Assembly (NCBI GenBank): GCA_947165195.1
Contig: CAMUZJ010000001.1
Coordinates: 14,288 to 78,287 of the forward strand
Direction of reading: 5' to 3'
From: an uncultured Bacillota bacterium
Lineage (GTDB): Bacteria > Bacillota_I > Bacilli_A > RF39 > UBA660
Length of the DNA stretch: 64,000 nucleotides
A program made the position numbers and the translations under genes. Positions 30,752-41,173 of this stretch are shown one piece after another. The notes beneath the pieces were generated by a model that was given only the letters and a program-made list of their open reading frames with translations, did not search any database and was not told the origin of the DNA. Position 1 is the first letter of the stretch. Each line of letters opens with the position of its first letter.

Positions 30752-31879
30752 TTAATATGTTCTAATAGGTAATACTAATTGAGTTAGAGATTCATCTTCA
30801 GAAGATTTTATCAAAATTGGTTTTACTTCTCCTACAAAATGAATATCCACAGTTTCTGTGGAAAAACTTTTTAATGCTTCCATCATATATTTTGCACTAA
30901 ATGAAATCTTAATATTTTCTGAATTATTTTTAGTAATGTACATTTTTTCCTCTACTCGACCTATTTCTGCAGAAGAACTTCTTAAAATTAACATATTATC
31001 TGAAGTTTCTAAAGTAACTATATTTTTTTCTTTATCACTTGTTAAAATACTAACACGATCAATTACATCATAAAATGCATTTAAAGAAGTAGTAATTACT
31101 AAGTAAGAATCATCTGGTAATAAATTAGAAGTGTTAGGATAAGTTCCATTAATTAATCTTGATTCAAATTTAAGATTTCCATTTTTAAATAATATCTTGT
31201 TGCTAAAAATATGTAATTCTATTTCTTCATCATCATCATTTAAAATCTTTGAAAATTCTATAATATTGTGACTAGGAATAACAATATTGTAATTTTCTTC
31301 ACTAGGTTTATCTAACTTTACTATTTTTCTTGCCAATCTATAAGAATCAGTAGAATTGCATTCTAAAATATCCCCAACTATATTAAAGTTTATACCTGTT
31401 AAAACAGGTTTACTTTCTTCATTAGAAGTAGCAAAAGCTGTTTGGTTAACTATATTTTTTAAAGCTCCTACTTTTATATTAACTTTTTTCTTACTTTCTT
31501 CAAGTCCAATATTAGGATACTCACTTTCACTAATTCCATTCAAATTAAATTCACTATTTTCTGTGTAAATTAAAATTTTAAGTTCATCTATAACTTCAAT
31601 ATTAATATATTTATCAGGTAATTTTCTAACAATATCTAAAATATATTTTCCTTGAATTATAATACTACCTTCACTTTCCACAGAAAAATCATCCTCATTA
31701 ACTGATTCAATTATTGTTTGAATAGTAATATCATTATCGCTAGCTGTTAATGTTAACTTTTTCTTTTTTAATTCAAATTTTATTCCTGCTAAAACGGGTA
31801 TTAGATTTTTTGTAGATATAGCTTTTGATACTTTGTTTAAAGCATCAAGTAATAATTCCTTTTTTATTTTTAATTTCAT
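30752..31879 (-). CDS. dnaN: DNA polymerase III beta sliding clamp
   Basis: 375 aa with three-domain beta-clamp architecture, located immediately downstream of dnaA. Confidence 0.9.
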   Translation of the reverse strand: MKLKIKKELLLDALNKVSKAISTKNLIPVLAGIKFELKKKKLTLTASDNDITIQTIIESVNEDDFSVESEGSIIIQGKYILDIVRKLPDKYINIEVIDELKILIYTENSEFNLNGISESEYPNIGLEESKKKVNIKVGALKNIVNQTAFATSNEESKPVLTGINFNIVGDILECNSTDSYRLARKIVKLDKPSEENYNIVIPSHNIIEFSKILNDDDEEIELHIFSNKILFKNGNLKFESRLINGTYPNTSNLLPDDSYLVITTSLNAFYDVIDRVSILTSDKEKNIVTLETSDNMLILRSSSAEIGRVEEKMYITKNNSENIKISFSAKYMMEALKSFSTETVDIHFVGEVKPILIKSSEDESLTQLVLPIRTY

Positions 31880-32013
31880 ATTTATATTCCTTCTTTCTAT
31901 TTATTATTATTATTTTTACTGTGGAAACTGTGGAAAACTTTTTAAAATTCAATAATATCAATAAAAAAATATCAACAAGCGTTGTGGAAAACCTGTGGAT
32001 AAATTGTGGAAAA
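31880..32013. other. oriC right half (incC-like). An AT-only candidate DNA-unwinding element with TAA-repeat, DnaA-trio-like tract next to five DnaA boxes
   Basis: TGTGGAAAC at 31920, TGTGGAAAA at 31929, TGTGGAAAA at 31984, TGTGGATAA at 31994 and TGTGGAAAA at 32005, all in the same orientation (TTWTCCACA on the minus strand). A (TTA)4 tract sits at 31901-31913, and 31880-31918 is entirely A/T. Confidence 0.8.
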
Positions 32014-32022
32014 CTTAAAGTT

Positions 32023-33381
32023 TTACACAGCCCCTATATCTTTTTTGAGTTTTTCAATAATATTTGCTAAATCTTTATTTACTTTAATTTCGTTTTCTAT
32101 CTTTTCTACAGAGTGCATTACTGTAGAATGATCTTTGCCACCAAATTCAATTCCAATTCTTGGAAATGATTCGTTTGTCATTACCCTACAGAGGTACATA
32201 GCAATTTGCCTCGGAAATGATATATTAGAACTTCTTTTTTTACTTCGTATATCTTCAACTGAAATTTGAAAATATTCAGATACAATTTTCTGGATTCTTA
32301 AAACATCATTCTTTTCCCCTATTCCCTTACTTATTGTATCTTTTAAAGCTTCAACGGCTAATTCTAAATTAATTTCTGCACTTCCCATCATTGAAGAATA
32401 AGCTATTAATCTTGTTATCGAGCCTTCTAATTCTCTAACATTTGTACCTGTATTTGATGCTATATATTCTATGACATCTTCTGGAATTTCTTTTTCTAGA
32501 TTTTCTGCTAATATCTTCTTTCTAATGATTTGTGAGCGCAAATCAAAATCTGGTGGAAATATATTTACTTCTAATCCCCAAGTAAATCTTGTACGCAAAC
32601 GGTCTTCTAAAACTTTTAAGTCTTTAGGTGATCTATCTGATGAAATGATAATTTGTTTGCTATCATTATACAAATTGTTAAAAGTATGAAAAAATTCTCT
32701 TTGAGTTTTTGTAGCTCCACCCAAAAATTGGATATCATCTATTATTAAAACATCAATATTTCTATATTTATCTTTAAAAAAATCAATATAGTTAAAATTG
32801 GTTTCAAAATCATCCTTCCTATTTGTTTTTATAAAATCTTGTATAAATTGCTCACTTGTTACATATAGAACCCTTTTTTCAGAATTATTTGTAATATAGT
32901 TTCCTATCGCATGCATAAGATGTGTTTTTCCCAAACCACTTTCTCCATATAAAAATAGAGGGTTATACATCTTTCCTGGATTTTCAGCGACTGATAAAGC
33001 AGCAGCATGAGCAAATTTATTACTATTTCCAACAACAAAGTTATCAAAAGTATAATGTTCTTTTAAGTTTGTTTGTACAATTGGAATAATGTTTTCTTCC
33101 ACTTTGTTTGTTGAGGAAGGCCCTTCGATTTCTACTTCTTCATTTAATAAAAAGATAAGTTCACAATTTAAACCAGTTATATTATAAAGTTTATCTATGA
33201 TAAGATCTTTATAGTTATCTACCAAATGTTTTTTATGTATAGGCATTGGTACAATTATATAGGCTTTTGACTCTTCTATCTTTAACAATTGTGTCTCTGA
33301 AAACCAGGTTTGATAGGCTAAAGATGATAATTCATCTTTTATATCTGATAAAAAGTTTGACCATATGGAATCAAAGTTCAT
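32023..33381 (-). CDS. dnaA: Chromosomal replication initiator protein DnaA
   Basis: 452 aa with the AAA+ Walker A GESGLGKTHL motif, sensor motifs and the C-terminal DNA-binding domain signature. Confidence 0.95.
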   Translation of the reverse strand: MNFDSIWSNFLSDIKDELSSLAYQTWFSETQLLKIEESKAYIIVPMPIHKKHLVDNYKDLIIDKLYNITGLNCELIFLLNEEVEIEGPSSTNKVEENIIPIVQTNLKEHYTFDNFVVGNSNKFAHAAALSVAENPGKMYNPLFLYGESGLGKTHLMHAIGNYITNNSEKRVLYVTSEQFIQDFIKTNRKDDFETNFNYIDFFKDKYRNIDVLIIDDIQFLGGATKTQREFFHTFNNLYNDSKQIIISSDRSPKDLKVLEDRLRTRFTWGLEVNIFPPDFDLRSQIIRKKILAENLEKEIPEDVIEYIASNTGTNVRELEGSITRLIAYSSMMGSAEINLELAVEALKDTISKGIGEKNDVLRIQKIVSEYFQISVEDIRSKKRSSNISFPRQIAMYLCRVMTNESFPRIGIEFGGKDHSTVMHSVEKIENEIKVNKDLANIIEKLKKDIGAV

Positions 33382-33471
33382 GATATCATCTCCCCTGACT
33401 TATAAAGTACGATTACTAGTTTACATGAAATGATTTAAAAAATAAATAAGTTTTTGAAAAAAATCATATTT

Positions 33472-33662
33472 TGTGGAAAACTTGTGGAAAAAAGTCGAAA
33501 TATTTATAATTAAAATAATTATCCACAAGTTTTCCACAGAATTATCCACAAGTTAAAACATTGAAAAATAAAAGAAAAAGTTAGTTTTCCACATTTTCCA
33601 CAGAATTATTTTGCACAGGGTATTGTTGATAAATCCACAGGCTTGTGGAAAATGTGGAAAAC
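33472..33662. other. oriC left half (incA/B-like). About ten DnaA boxes upstream of dnaA, overlapping the dnaA promoter
   Basis: TGTGGAAAA at 33472 and 33484; TTATCCACA at 33519 and 33543 (perfect consensus); TTTTCCACA at 33530, 33585 and 33594; a degenerate AAATCCACA at 33631; TGTGGAAAA at 33644 and 33653. Confidence 0.85.
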
Positions 33663-33736
33663 ATTTATGATATAGCGATATATTTATATAAATAGAACTA
33701 TTTACGATTCTTTCTTCACAAAATAGAAAAATTTAA

Positions 33737-33766
33737 TTGACAAAAAACATAACTTCTTATTATAAT
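33737..33766 (+). promoter_or_regulatory. Sigma-A type promoter for the rpmH-rnpA operon
   Basis: TTGACA (33737-33742), an 18-nt spacer, then TATAAT (33761-33766), followed by a GGAGGTG RBS. Confidence 0.6.
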
Positions 33767-33796
33767 AGGGTAGATTTATGTCTGGAGGTGGAGTAG

Positions 33797-33919
33797 ATGA
33801 AAAGAACATATCAACCAAATAATCGTAAAAAAGTAAAAAGATTAGGCTTTTTTGCACGTAAAAAAACTAATATCTTAAATCGTCGTCGTCGCAAAGGACG
33901 TAAGAATCTATGTAAATAA
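33797..33919 (+). CDS. rpmH: 50S ribosomal protein L34
   Basis: MKRTYQPNNRKKVKRLGFFARKKTNILNRRRRKGRKNLCK. This 40 aa ORF is absent from the ORF track and was found by eye. An intrinsic terminator/attenuator hairpin follows at about 33921-33950. Confidence 0.9.
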   Translation: MKRTYQPNNRKKVKRLGFFARKKTNILNRRRRKGRKNLCK

Positions 33920-33987
33920 TACCGCTGTTAACCAGTGGTTTTTTACTCTTTATTTAAAACAATTTTTAAAAGTAGGGTGAGTTTGCC

Positions 33988-34332
33988 ATGAGAAAATTAT
34001 ACATTGTTAAAAGAAAACAGGACTTTGATAATATTATAAATAAAGGAAAAATAAAAAAAAATAAAAGTTTCATCATATATTATCAAAAAAATGACTTTGT
34101 ATATGATAGGTATGGAATATCTGTCGGAAAAAAACTAGGAAATGCTGTTTTTAGAAATAGTTATAAAAGAAAAATTAGAGCAATCATAGATAATTATAAA
34201 AAAAACTATGTTAATGGAACAGATTATATTATAATATTAAGGAGAGGCTCTTTAGAAACTGATTATTCTGGTTTAAATAAAGACTTCATAAATTTAATGT
34301 TAAATATAAGGAAGGATAGTAATAATGAGTAA
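33988..34332 (+). CDS. rnpA: Ribonuclease P protein component
   Basis: 114 aa basic protein located immediately downstream of rpmH, as universally conserved. Confidence 0.85.
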   Translation: MRKLYIVKRKQDFDNIINKGKIKKNKSFIIYYQKNDFVYDRYGISVGKKLGNAVFRNSYKRKIRAIIDNYKKNYVNGTDYIIILRRGSLETDYSGLNKDFINLMLNIRKDSNNE

Positions 34333-35266
34333 AAAGAAAGTAAATATTTTAGGCAAAATAACGATAATCGCACTAATGTTAACTTTAACTACAGGATGTA
34401 CTAAAACTTTAACTGATAGCAATAAAAAAGCAGTAATTAATGAAGTGACGGGACAAAGTTTAACAGAAAATATTTTATGTCAGCCAACTAATCCAATTAC
34501 AATTAAATCATATGAAGATAATGGAGTAGACTTATCAAAACTTCCAAAATGTGAAAAGTTTAAATTAACTTCTGGTGGTTATGAAGGTTTATGGACAAGC
34601 TTTTTTGTAAAACCATTGGCTTTTTTACTAATATTTTTAGGAAAGCTCGTAGGAAATTATGCAATTTCTCTTATAATTATCAGTTTATTGATAAGATTAA
34701 TAGCATATCCTGTTACCAAGAAAACAGCTCTACAATCTGAAATGTTGAAAGAAGCTCAACCGCAAATTGCGATGATACAACAAAAATATAAAGATAAACA
34801 AGATCAAGAGTCAATGATGAAACAACAGCAAGAGTTGATGATGGTATATAAAAAATATAATATAAATCCAATGGCAGGTTGCCTATTTGCAATGCTACAA
34901 TTACCAATATTTATTGCATTTTTTGAAGCTGTACAAAGAACACCAGCAATTTTTGAAGGAACTTTCTTTGGATTACAATTGGGAACAACACCTACAGTCG
35001 GAATTTCTACAGCAACATTTTATGCATACATCATTTTATTAGGATTAATAGCTTTCACAACTTGGTATTCATTTAAGATGAATTCAACAGGAAATATGTC
35101 AGATCCAGCAATGAAATCTATGCCTAAAATGATGACCATTATGATAGTAGTAACTGCACTATTTATGCCTTCAGCTCTTGGAATTTACTGGGTAACATCT
35201 AATGCATTTACAATATTACAAAATATTTTAGTAAAAAGGAGCAAGGAAGCACATGGAAAAGCATAA
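34325..35266 (+). CDS. yidC: Membrane protein insertase YidC/SpoIIIJ (lipoprotein type)
   Basis: Lipobox LTTGC, five-TM 60-kDa insertase core, and the conserved rnpA-yidC-jag synteny. Confidence 0.85.
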   Translation: MSKKKVNILGKITIIALMLTLTTGCTKTLTDSNKKAVINEVTGQSLTENILCQPTNPITIKSYEDNGVDLSKLPKCEKFKLTSGGYEGLWTSFFVKPLAFLLIFLGKLVGNYAISLIIISLLIRLIAYPVTKKTALQSEMLKEAQPQIAMIQQKYKDKQDQESMMKQQQELMMVYKKYNINPMAGCLFAMLQLPIFIAFFEAVQRTPAIFEGTFFGLQLGTTPTVGISTATFYAYIILLGLIAFTTWYSFKMNSTGNMSDPAMKSMPKMMTIMIVVTALFMPSALGIYWVTSNAFTILQNILVKRSKEAHGKA

Positions 35267-35867
35267 TTATACTGGAAAAACTAAAGAAGAAGCAATTTCA
35301 AATGCCATAGCAGATTTGCAAGAATTAGAAAGTAATTTATTTATTAAAGAAGTTGGTACACAAAAAGGTGGATTATTTAAATCTACTAAAGTTGAAATTG
35401 AAGTTATAGAAAAAAGAGAAGTTATAAAGTACGTAAAGGAATATTTAATTGATATACTAAAAAAACTAGGTTTTAATGCACAAGTAGAATTAAAAAACAA
35501 AGATGAAGTTCCAAAGTACATTATATACTCAGAAAATGATGCATTGCTAATTGGAAAAAACGGAAAAAATTTAAAAGCCTTATCTCATTACGTTGGATTA
35601 CATATTAATAAAGTTATTGGAAAAAACTTAAAATTTATTATTGATGTAAATGATTATAATCAAAAAAGAGAAAAAAGAATTGAGAATTTAGCAAAAAAAA
35701 TTGCTAAAGAAGTAGAAAATACAAAGATAGCAGCTAAACTTGATTCTATGAATTCATATGAAAGAAGAATTGTTCATAACATTTTATCAAGTAATAATAA
35801 AGTATATACAGAAAGTGAAGGTCAAGAACCAAACCGTTACGTAGTTATAAAACCTAAAGAAGATTAA
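35253..35867 (+). CDS. khpB: Jag/KhpB RNA-binding protein (KH plus R3H domains)
   Basis: Jag N-terminal domain, KH-like middle and a C-terminal R3H motif (ERRIVHNILS). Confidence 0.8.
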   Translation: MEKHNYTGKTKEEAISNAIADLQELESNLFIKEVGTQKGGLFKSTKVEIEVIEKREVIKYVKEYLIDILKKLGFNAQVELKNKDEVPKYIIYSENDALLIGKNGKNLKALSHYVGLHINKVIGKNLKFIIDVNDYNQKREKRIENLAKKIAKEVENTKIAAKLDSMNSYERRIVHNILSSNNKVYTESEGQEPNRYVVIKPKED

Positions 35868-35929
35868 TTCTTCTTTTTTTTCTGTTATAATTGTGCTATA
35901 ATATGTTCGATATTGGAGGGGAATAACTT

Positions 35930-37294
35930 ATGGAAGATACAATAGTAGCAATTTCAACAGCTGTGGGAGTAGGAGCTATATCAATTGTTAGACTTAGTGG
36001 TCCAGAGGCAATTAAAATAGTTAATGATTGCTTTAAAGGGAATGATTTAACAAAAGTAGCATCACACACTATAAACTATGGCCATATATATGATAAGTCA
36101 AAAACAAACTTGCTTGATGAAGTTTTAGTATCTGTTATGAAGGCACCAAAGACATATACATCTGAGGATATAGTAGAAATAAATTGTCATGGAGGAATTA
36201 TTACTACTAATAAAGTTTTAGAAGCAATGATATCAAATGGGGCTAGACTTGCAGAACCTGGAGAATTTACAAAAAGAGCTTTTTTAAATGGAAAAATAGA
36301 CTTGATAAAAAGTGAAGCTATTATGGATTTAATAGAAAGTAAAAGTGATGAAGCGAGAAAAATAGCACTAAATCAATTAAATGGTACAACTTCAAATTTA
36401 ATAAAAGATATTCGAGAAAAATTAAAAAATCTATTATCTTCTATAGAAGTAAATATTGATTATCCAGAATACTATGATATTGAAAATGTAACAGAAAATA
36501 AAATAAGAAAAGAAATAGAATCTATGAAAAGTACCCTACAAGAATTAATACAAACCTCTGAAAATACTTCAATATTAAAGACAGGAATTAATACTGTAAT
36601 TATTGGAAAACCAAATGTTGGTAAAAGTAGTATTTTAAATAAATTATTATTAAAAGACAAAGCTATAGTAACAGATATAGCAGGTACTACAAGAGATATA
36701 GTAGAAGGCGAAGTATTGATAGAAGGTGTTTTATTAAATATAATAGATACTGCTGGTATTAGAGAAACGGAAGATATTGTGGAAAAAATTGGTGTAGAAA
36801 AAAGTATATCTATGATTCCAGAAGCGGATTTAGTAATAGTAGTATTAAATTCAAATGAAGAATTATCTCCAGAAGATAAAATGATTTTGGAAAAAACAAA
36901 AAATAAACAGCGTATTATAGTACTAAATAAAAATGATTTAGAGAAAAAAATTAAATTGCCGGTTGGTATAGATAAAGAAAGTATTATTGAAACTAACACA
37001 ATGGAAAAAGATGGAATTAAAAACTTAAAAAATAAAATAGTATATATGTTTCATTTAGAAAAGATAAAAACAAAAGATTACACTTCTTTAACGAATACAA
37101 GACAAATTACTTTAGCAAAAAAAGCTTACGAAAGTATATTGGACGCAGAAGAAAGTGTAGAGAATAATCAGCCTATAGATATTATAGAGATTGATTTAAA
37201 AGAATGTTTTGATATATTAGGTGAAATTATAGGTGAAAATTATTCAGAAGAAATAATAGACAACTTGTTTAAAAATTTCTGTGTAGGAAAATAG
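35930..37294 (+). CDS. mnmE: tRNA modification GTPase MnmE
   Basis: G-domain motifs GKPNVGKSS, DTAGIR and NKND, plus the C-terminal CxGK motif (CVGK). Confidence 0.95.
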   Translation: MEDTIVAISTAVGVGAISIVRLSGPEAIKIVNDCFKGNDLTKVASHTINYGHIYDKSKTNLLDEVLVSVMKAPKTYTSEDIVEINCHGGIITTNKVLEAMISNGARLAEPGEFTKRAFLNGKIDLIKSEAIMDLIESKSDEARKIALNQLNGTTSNLIKDIREKLKNLLSSIEVNIDYPEYYDIENVTENKIRKEIESMKSTLQELIQTSENTSILKTGINTVIIGKPNVGKSSILNKLLLKDKAIVTDIAGTTRDIVEGEVLIEGVLLNIIDTAGIRETEDIVEKIGVEKSISMIPEADLVIVVLNSNEELSPEDKMILEKTKNKQRIIVLNKNDLEKKIKLPVGIDKESIIETNTMEKDGIKNLKNKIVYMFHLEKIKTKDYTSLTNTRQITLAKKAYESILDAEESVENNQPIDIIEIDLKECFDILGEIIGENYSEEIIDNLFKNFCVGK

Positions 37295-37306
37295 GAAGTG
37301 AAGAAA

Positions 37307-39160
37307 ATGAATTATGAAATAATAGTTGTAGGTGGTGGACATGCTGGATGTGAAGCTAGTTTAGCAGCAGCTCGTATTGGACATAAAACACTACTTGTAA
37401 CAGGAAATATAAAAAACATAGCAGATATGCCATGTAATCCATCTATTGGTGGACCAGCTAAAGGAATTGTTGTAAGAGAAATAGACGCTTTAGGTGGAGA
37501 GATGGGAAGAAATGCCGATAAAGGTGCACTACAAATTAAAATGCTAAATACAAAAAAAGGACCAGCAGTCCAAGCACTTAGAGCACAGGCAGACAAAATT
37601 ACTTATCCAAAGGAAATGAAAAAAACTCTAGATTCTGAAAAAAATCTGAGTATAAAAGAAGGATTTGTAGAAGATTTACTTGTCGAAAATAATACTATAA
37701 AGGGTGTAATCTTAGCAGATGGAACAAAAATAAATGCTGAAGCTGTTATTTTAACTACAGGTACTTATTTAAGAAGTATGATTTTGACAGGATCAGAAAA
37801 ACATTCAGGTGGTCCTCATGGAGAAGAAAATTCAAAGTTTTTGAGTAATAAGCTAAAGGAAATGGGATTTAATATCTTAAGATTAAAAACAGGTACTCCA
37901 CCAAGAATAGAAAAATCATCTATTGATTATAATAAAACTTCCCTAGAACCTGGGGATAAAGTGAAAAGAACATTTTCATATGATAATATTGCATACTATG
38001 ATGTAGATAATCAAGTACCATGTCACTTGATTTACACAACAGAAAATACTCATAAAATTATTAAAGACCATTTAAAAGAATCAAGTATGTATGGAGGATA
38101 TGTAGAAGGAGTGGGTCCTAGATATTGTCCATCTATAGAAGATAAAGTGGTAAGATTTGCGGATAAAGAAAGACACCAATTATTCTTAGAGCCAGAAAGT
38201 ATTTATTATGATGACATTTATATTCAAGGATTTTCTACTAGTATGCCACATGACATTCAAGAATTAATGGTACATAGCCTCCCTGGTCTAGAACATGCTA
38301 AAATATTAAAATATGCTTATGCAATAGAATATGATGCAATTGACTCCAAACAATTAAAACCTTCTCTTGAAACTAAACTAATTGAAGGATTATTTACTGC
38401 AGGACAAATAAATGGAACTAGTGGATATGAAGAAGCTGCTGGACAAGGATTAATAGCAGGAATCAACGCAGCTTTAAAAATAGAAAATAAAGACCCATTG
38501 ATTTTAAAAAGAAACGAATCTTATATTGGGGTATTAATTGATGACTTAGTTACAAAAGGAATAAAAGATCCATATAGATTGTTAACATCACGAGCTGAAT
38601 ATCGCTTATTATTAAGACATGATAATGCTGATATAAGATTAAGAGAGTATGGATATCAAGTAGGATTAATATCTGAGGAAAAATATACTCATTTTAAAAA
38701 TAAAAAGAAAGATATCAAAGAACTAGAAACTATACTATCAGAATATAGAATTACTCCTAAAAAGAATGTTAATGAATATTTAGAAAGTATTGAGACAAAT
38801 ACTTTAAAAGATGGAATATCATTATTAGAATTATTAAAAAGACCAGAAGTGAACATGAAACATCTAGAACACTTTATAGAAATACCTTATAGTAATGAGG
38901 TAAAAGAACAAGTTGAAATTAATACAAAGTATGAAGGATATATTAAAAAAGCTAATAAAGAGGCTGAAAAAATGTTATTGCTAGAAGAAAAAGAAATACC
39001 AGAAGATATAGATTACAATGATGTTTCAAATTTAGCTAGTGAAGCTAGACAAAAATTAAATGAAATAAGACCGATTACAGTAGGACAAGCATCAAGAATT
39101 AGTGGAGTTAATCCTGCGGATATTTCTATATTAATGGTGTACTTAAAAAGGAAAAAGTAA
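37307..39160 (+). CDS. mnmG: tRNA uridine 5-carboxymethylaminomethyl modification enzyme MnmG
   Basis: FAD-binding [13 protein letters not shown]-terminus. The start is placed at the ATG at 37307 rather than the upstream GTG at 37298 used by the ORF track. Confidence 0.95.
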   Translation: MNYEIIVVGGGHAGCEASLAAARIGHKTLLVTGNIKNIADMPCNPSIGGPAKGIVVREIDALGGEMGRNADKGALQIKMLNTKKGPAVQALRAQADKITYPKEMKKTLDSEKNLSIKEGFVEDLLVENNTIKGVILADGTKINAEAVILTTGTYLRSMILTGSEKHSGGPHGEENSKFLSNKLKEMGFNILRLKTGTPPRIEKSSIDYNKTSLEPGDKVKRTFSYDNIAYYDVDNQVPCHLIYTTENTHKIIKDHLKESSMYGGYVEGVGPRYCPSIEDKVVRFADKERHQLFLEPESIYYDDIYIQGFSTSMPHDIQELMVHSLPGLEHAKILKYAYAIEYDAIDSKQLKPSLETKLIEGLFTAGQINGTSGYEEAAGQGLIAGINAALKIENKDPLILKRNESYIGVLIDDLVTKGIKDPYRLLTSRAEYRLLLRHDNADIRLREYGYQVGLISEEKYTHFKNKKKDIKELETILSEYRITPKKNVNEYLESIETNTLKDGISLLELLKRPEVNMKHLEHFIEIPYSNEVKEQVEINTKYEGYIKKANKEAEKMLLLEEKEIPEDIDYNDVSNLASEARQKLNEIRPITVGQASRISGVNPADISILMVYLKRKK

Positions 39161-39162
39161 AG

Positions 39163-39798
39163 ATGAATAGAGAACAATTTATAGACGAGATAACTAAATT
39201 AAATATTCAAATATCAGATTATCAAATAGAATTATTGGATAAATTTTATAATTTATTAATAGAATGGAATCAGAAAATAAACTTAACAAGAATAACAGAA
39301 AAAAAAGATGTATACTTAAAACATTTTTACGATAGTTTAACGATTACAAAAGTAATAGACTTAAAAAGCGTAAAGACATTATGTGACGTAGGAACAGGTG
39401 CCGGTTTTCCAGGAATTATATTAAAAATAGTATATCCTAATTTAAATGTTACTTTAGTAGATGCATTACAAAAAAGAGTAAACTACTTAAATGAAATAAT
39501 TAAAGAACTTGATTTAGAAAATATAAAAGCAGTCCATGTACGAGGAGAAGATTTAAAAGAAAAGTATGATGTAGTAACTTCTAGAGCAGTTGCTAATATA
39601 GAAAAATTAGTTGTTTATACAATGCATTTAGTTAAAAATAATGGAGTAATGATTGCGATGAAAGGAAATATAGATCAAGAAATTACTGAAGAAGTAAAAA
39701 GAAAAATAGAAAAAAAATACAAAATTGAGGAAATAAATCGCTTTCAATTACCAATTGAACAAAGTAATAGAAGTTTGATAGTAATAAAAAATAAATAG
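39163..39798 (+). CDS. rsmG: 16S rRNA (guanine527-N7)-methyltransferase
   Basis: SAM motif DVGTGAGFPGI and conserved mnmG-rsmG synteny. Confidence 0.9.
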   Translation: MNREQFIDEITKLNIQISDYQIELLDKFYNLLIEWNQKINLTRITEKKDVYLKHFYDSLTITKVIDLKSVKTLCDVGTGAGFPGIILKIVYPNLNVTLVDALQKRVNYLNEIIKELDLENIKAVHVRGEDLKEKYDVVTSRAVANIEKLVVYTMHLVKNNGVMIAMKGNIDQEITEEVKRKIEKKYKIEEINRFQLPIEQSNRSLIVIKNK

Positions 39799-39898
39799 TA
39801 ACTTTACATTTACAATACATTATTTTTATTGAAAGAGACAAAAAAATATTTTATAATGATAATATAGGGATATTGAAGAATGGAACGAGGGGATAAAA

Positions 39899-41173
39899 AT
39901 GAATAATGAGCAAAGTAATGAGGTTGTATATTTATACTTAGATGATATTATACCTAATAGATTTCAACCGCGGGAAGTCTTTGATGAAAAAGCTTTAAAA
40001 GAGTTAGCTGTTTCTATAAGAGAACATGGTGTTATTCAGCCTATTATTGTCAGAAATGTAGGTGGAAAATACGAGATTATAGCTGGTGAGAGAAGATATA
40101 AAGCTACTGCTTTAGCTGGTTTAACAAAAATACCTGCTATTATTAGGAATTTAGATGATAAAGAAAGTTCTAAAGTAGCTTTATTAGAAAATTTACAAAG
40201 AAAAAATTTAAGCCCAATTGAAGAAGCTAGAACTTATCAAAAAATATTAGAAATTGATCAAATGACGCAAGAAGAATTAGCTAAAACAATGGGAAAAAGT
40301 CAATCATCAGTTGCAAATAAATTAAGATTATTATCATTGCCAGATGAAATACAGGATGCACTTTTAAAAGAACAAATTTCTGAAAGACACGCAAGAACTT
40401 TGTTAAATATACCTGATGTAAAAAAACAAAAAGAAATGTTAAGAAAAATTATTAACAATAAAATGACAGTAAGAAGTGTAGAAGATGAAATTAAGCAGAT
40501 GTATCCTAGAGAAAATGATTTACCTAATGATAATGATTATTTAAATAATAATTTTGTAAATAATAATTCTTTGATGCCAACCGTTGATTTATCAGCACCT
40601 ACTAATAATTATGGAAAAGTTACAGTTGCTCCACCAAATGAAGAAAATAACAATAAATCTAACATTTTAAATTATGGTGAAATTAATGATAGCAGCGATG
40701 AAGATAATGGAAATCAATATAATCTAAATCAAGAATTTGGTAATACAAATATTGATATTCAGCAAATGAGACAAAGAGCAAATGATATAAATAAAAGTAA
40801 TAATCAAAACGGGGGATTAGACTCATTACTAAATTTAGGTGATAATTCTCAAGGACCATCTATAAGTGGTGGAGAATTTAAATATATAACTCCTGCTGAA
40901 GGGATTATAAATGATTCAACACAACAAAATGGAAAACAAGAAGAAGATTATTTTAAAGCAACAGAAGACGAAAATTTTAGTGATATATTTCCAGAAAGTT
41001 CTTTAAATGGAACTAATAATAATATAAGTGGTAGTGAAAAATATTCTATAGATGAAGCAACAAATAAGATCAGAGATTTAATAGAAGATTTGAAAAAACA
41101 TGGAATAGAAGCATCTGCAGATGAAATGAATTTTGAGAAGACATATCAAATTATTATAAAAATAGAAAAATAA
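39899..41173 (+). CDS. ParB/Noc-like nucleoid-binding protein paralog with a roughly 220 aa Asn/Asp/Ser-rich low-complexity C-terminal extension
   Basis: ParB N-terminal domain (GERRYKA) and HTH (ELAKTMGKSQSSVANKLRLL), followed by an N/D/S-rich tract and a short helical C-terminus. It occupies the noc position upstream of soj-spo0J. Confidence 0.75.
   Translation: MNNEQSNEVVYLYLDDIIPNRFQPREVFDEKALKELAVSIREHGVIQPIIVRNVGGKYEIIAGERRYKATALAGLTKIPAIIRNLDDKESSKVALLENLQRKNLSPIEEARTYQKILEIDQMTQEELAKTMGKSQSSVANKLRLLSLPDEIQDALLKEQISERHARTLLNIPDVKKQKEMLRKIINNKMTVRSVEDEIKQMYPRENDLPNDNDYLNNNFVNNNSLMPTVDLSAPTNNYGKVTVAPPNEENNNKSNILNYGEINDSSDEDNGNQYNLNQEFGNTNIDIQQMRQRANDINKSNNQNGGLDSLLNLGDNSQGPSISGGEFKYITPAEGIINDSTQQNGKQEEDYFKATEDENFSDIFPESSLNGTNNNISGSEKYSIDEATNKIRDLIEDLKKHGIEASADEMNFEKTYQIIIKIEK

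Noticed and set aside
36472-36999. Minus-strand ORFs antisense to plus-strand genes (36472-36999 in mnmE, 37312-37596 in mnmG, 34713-34907 in yidC, 35267-35521 in jag, 43736-44059, 44136-44432, 46324-46524, 48732-49064, 52307-52504, 52848-53078, 60315-60527, 62673-62903, 63164-63352)
   Set aside because: These are shadow ORFs within well-supported genes. They have Ser/Ile/Phe-rich low-complexity products, no RBS, and no homology that I recognise.
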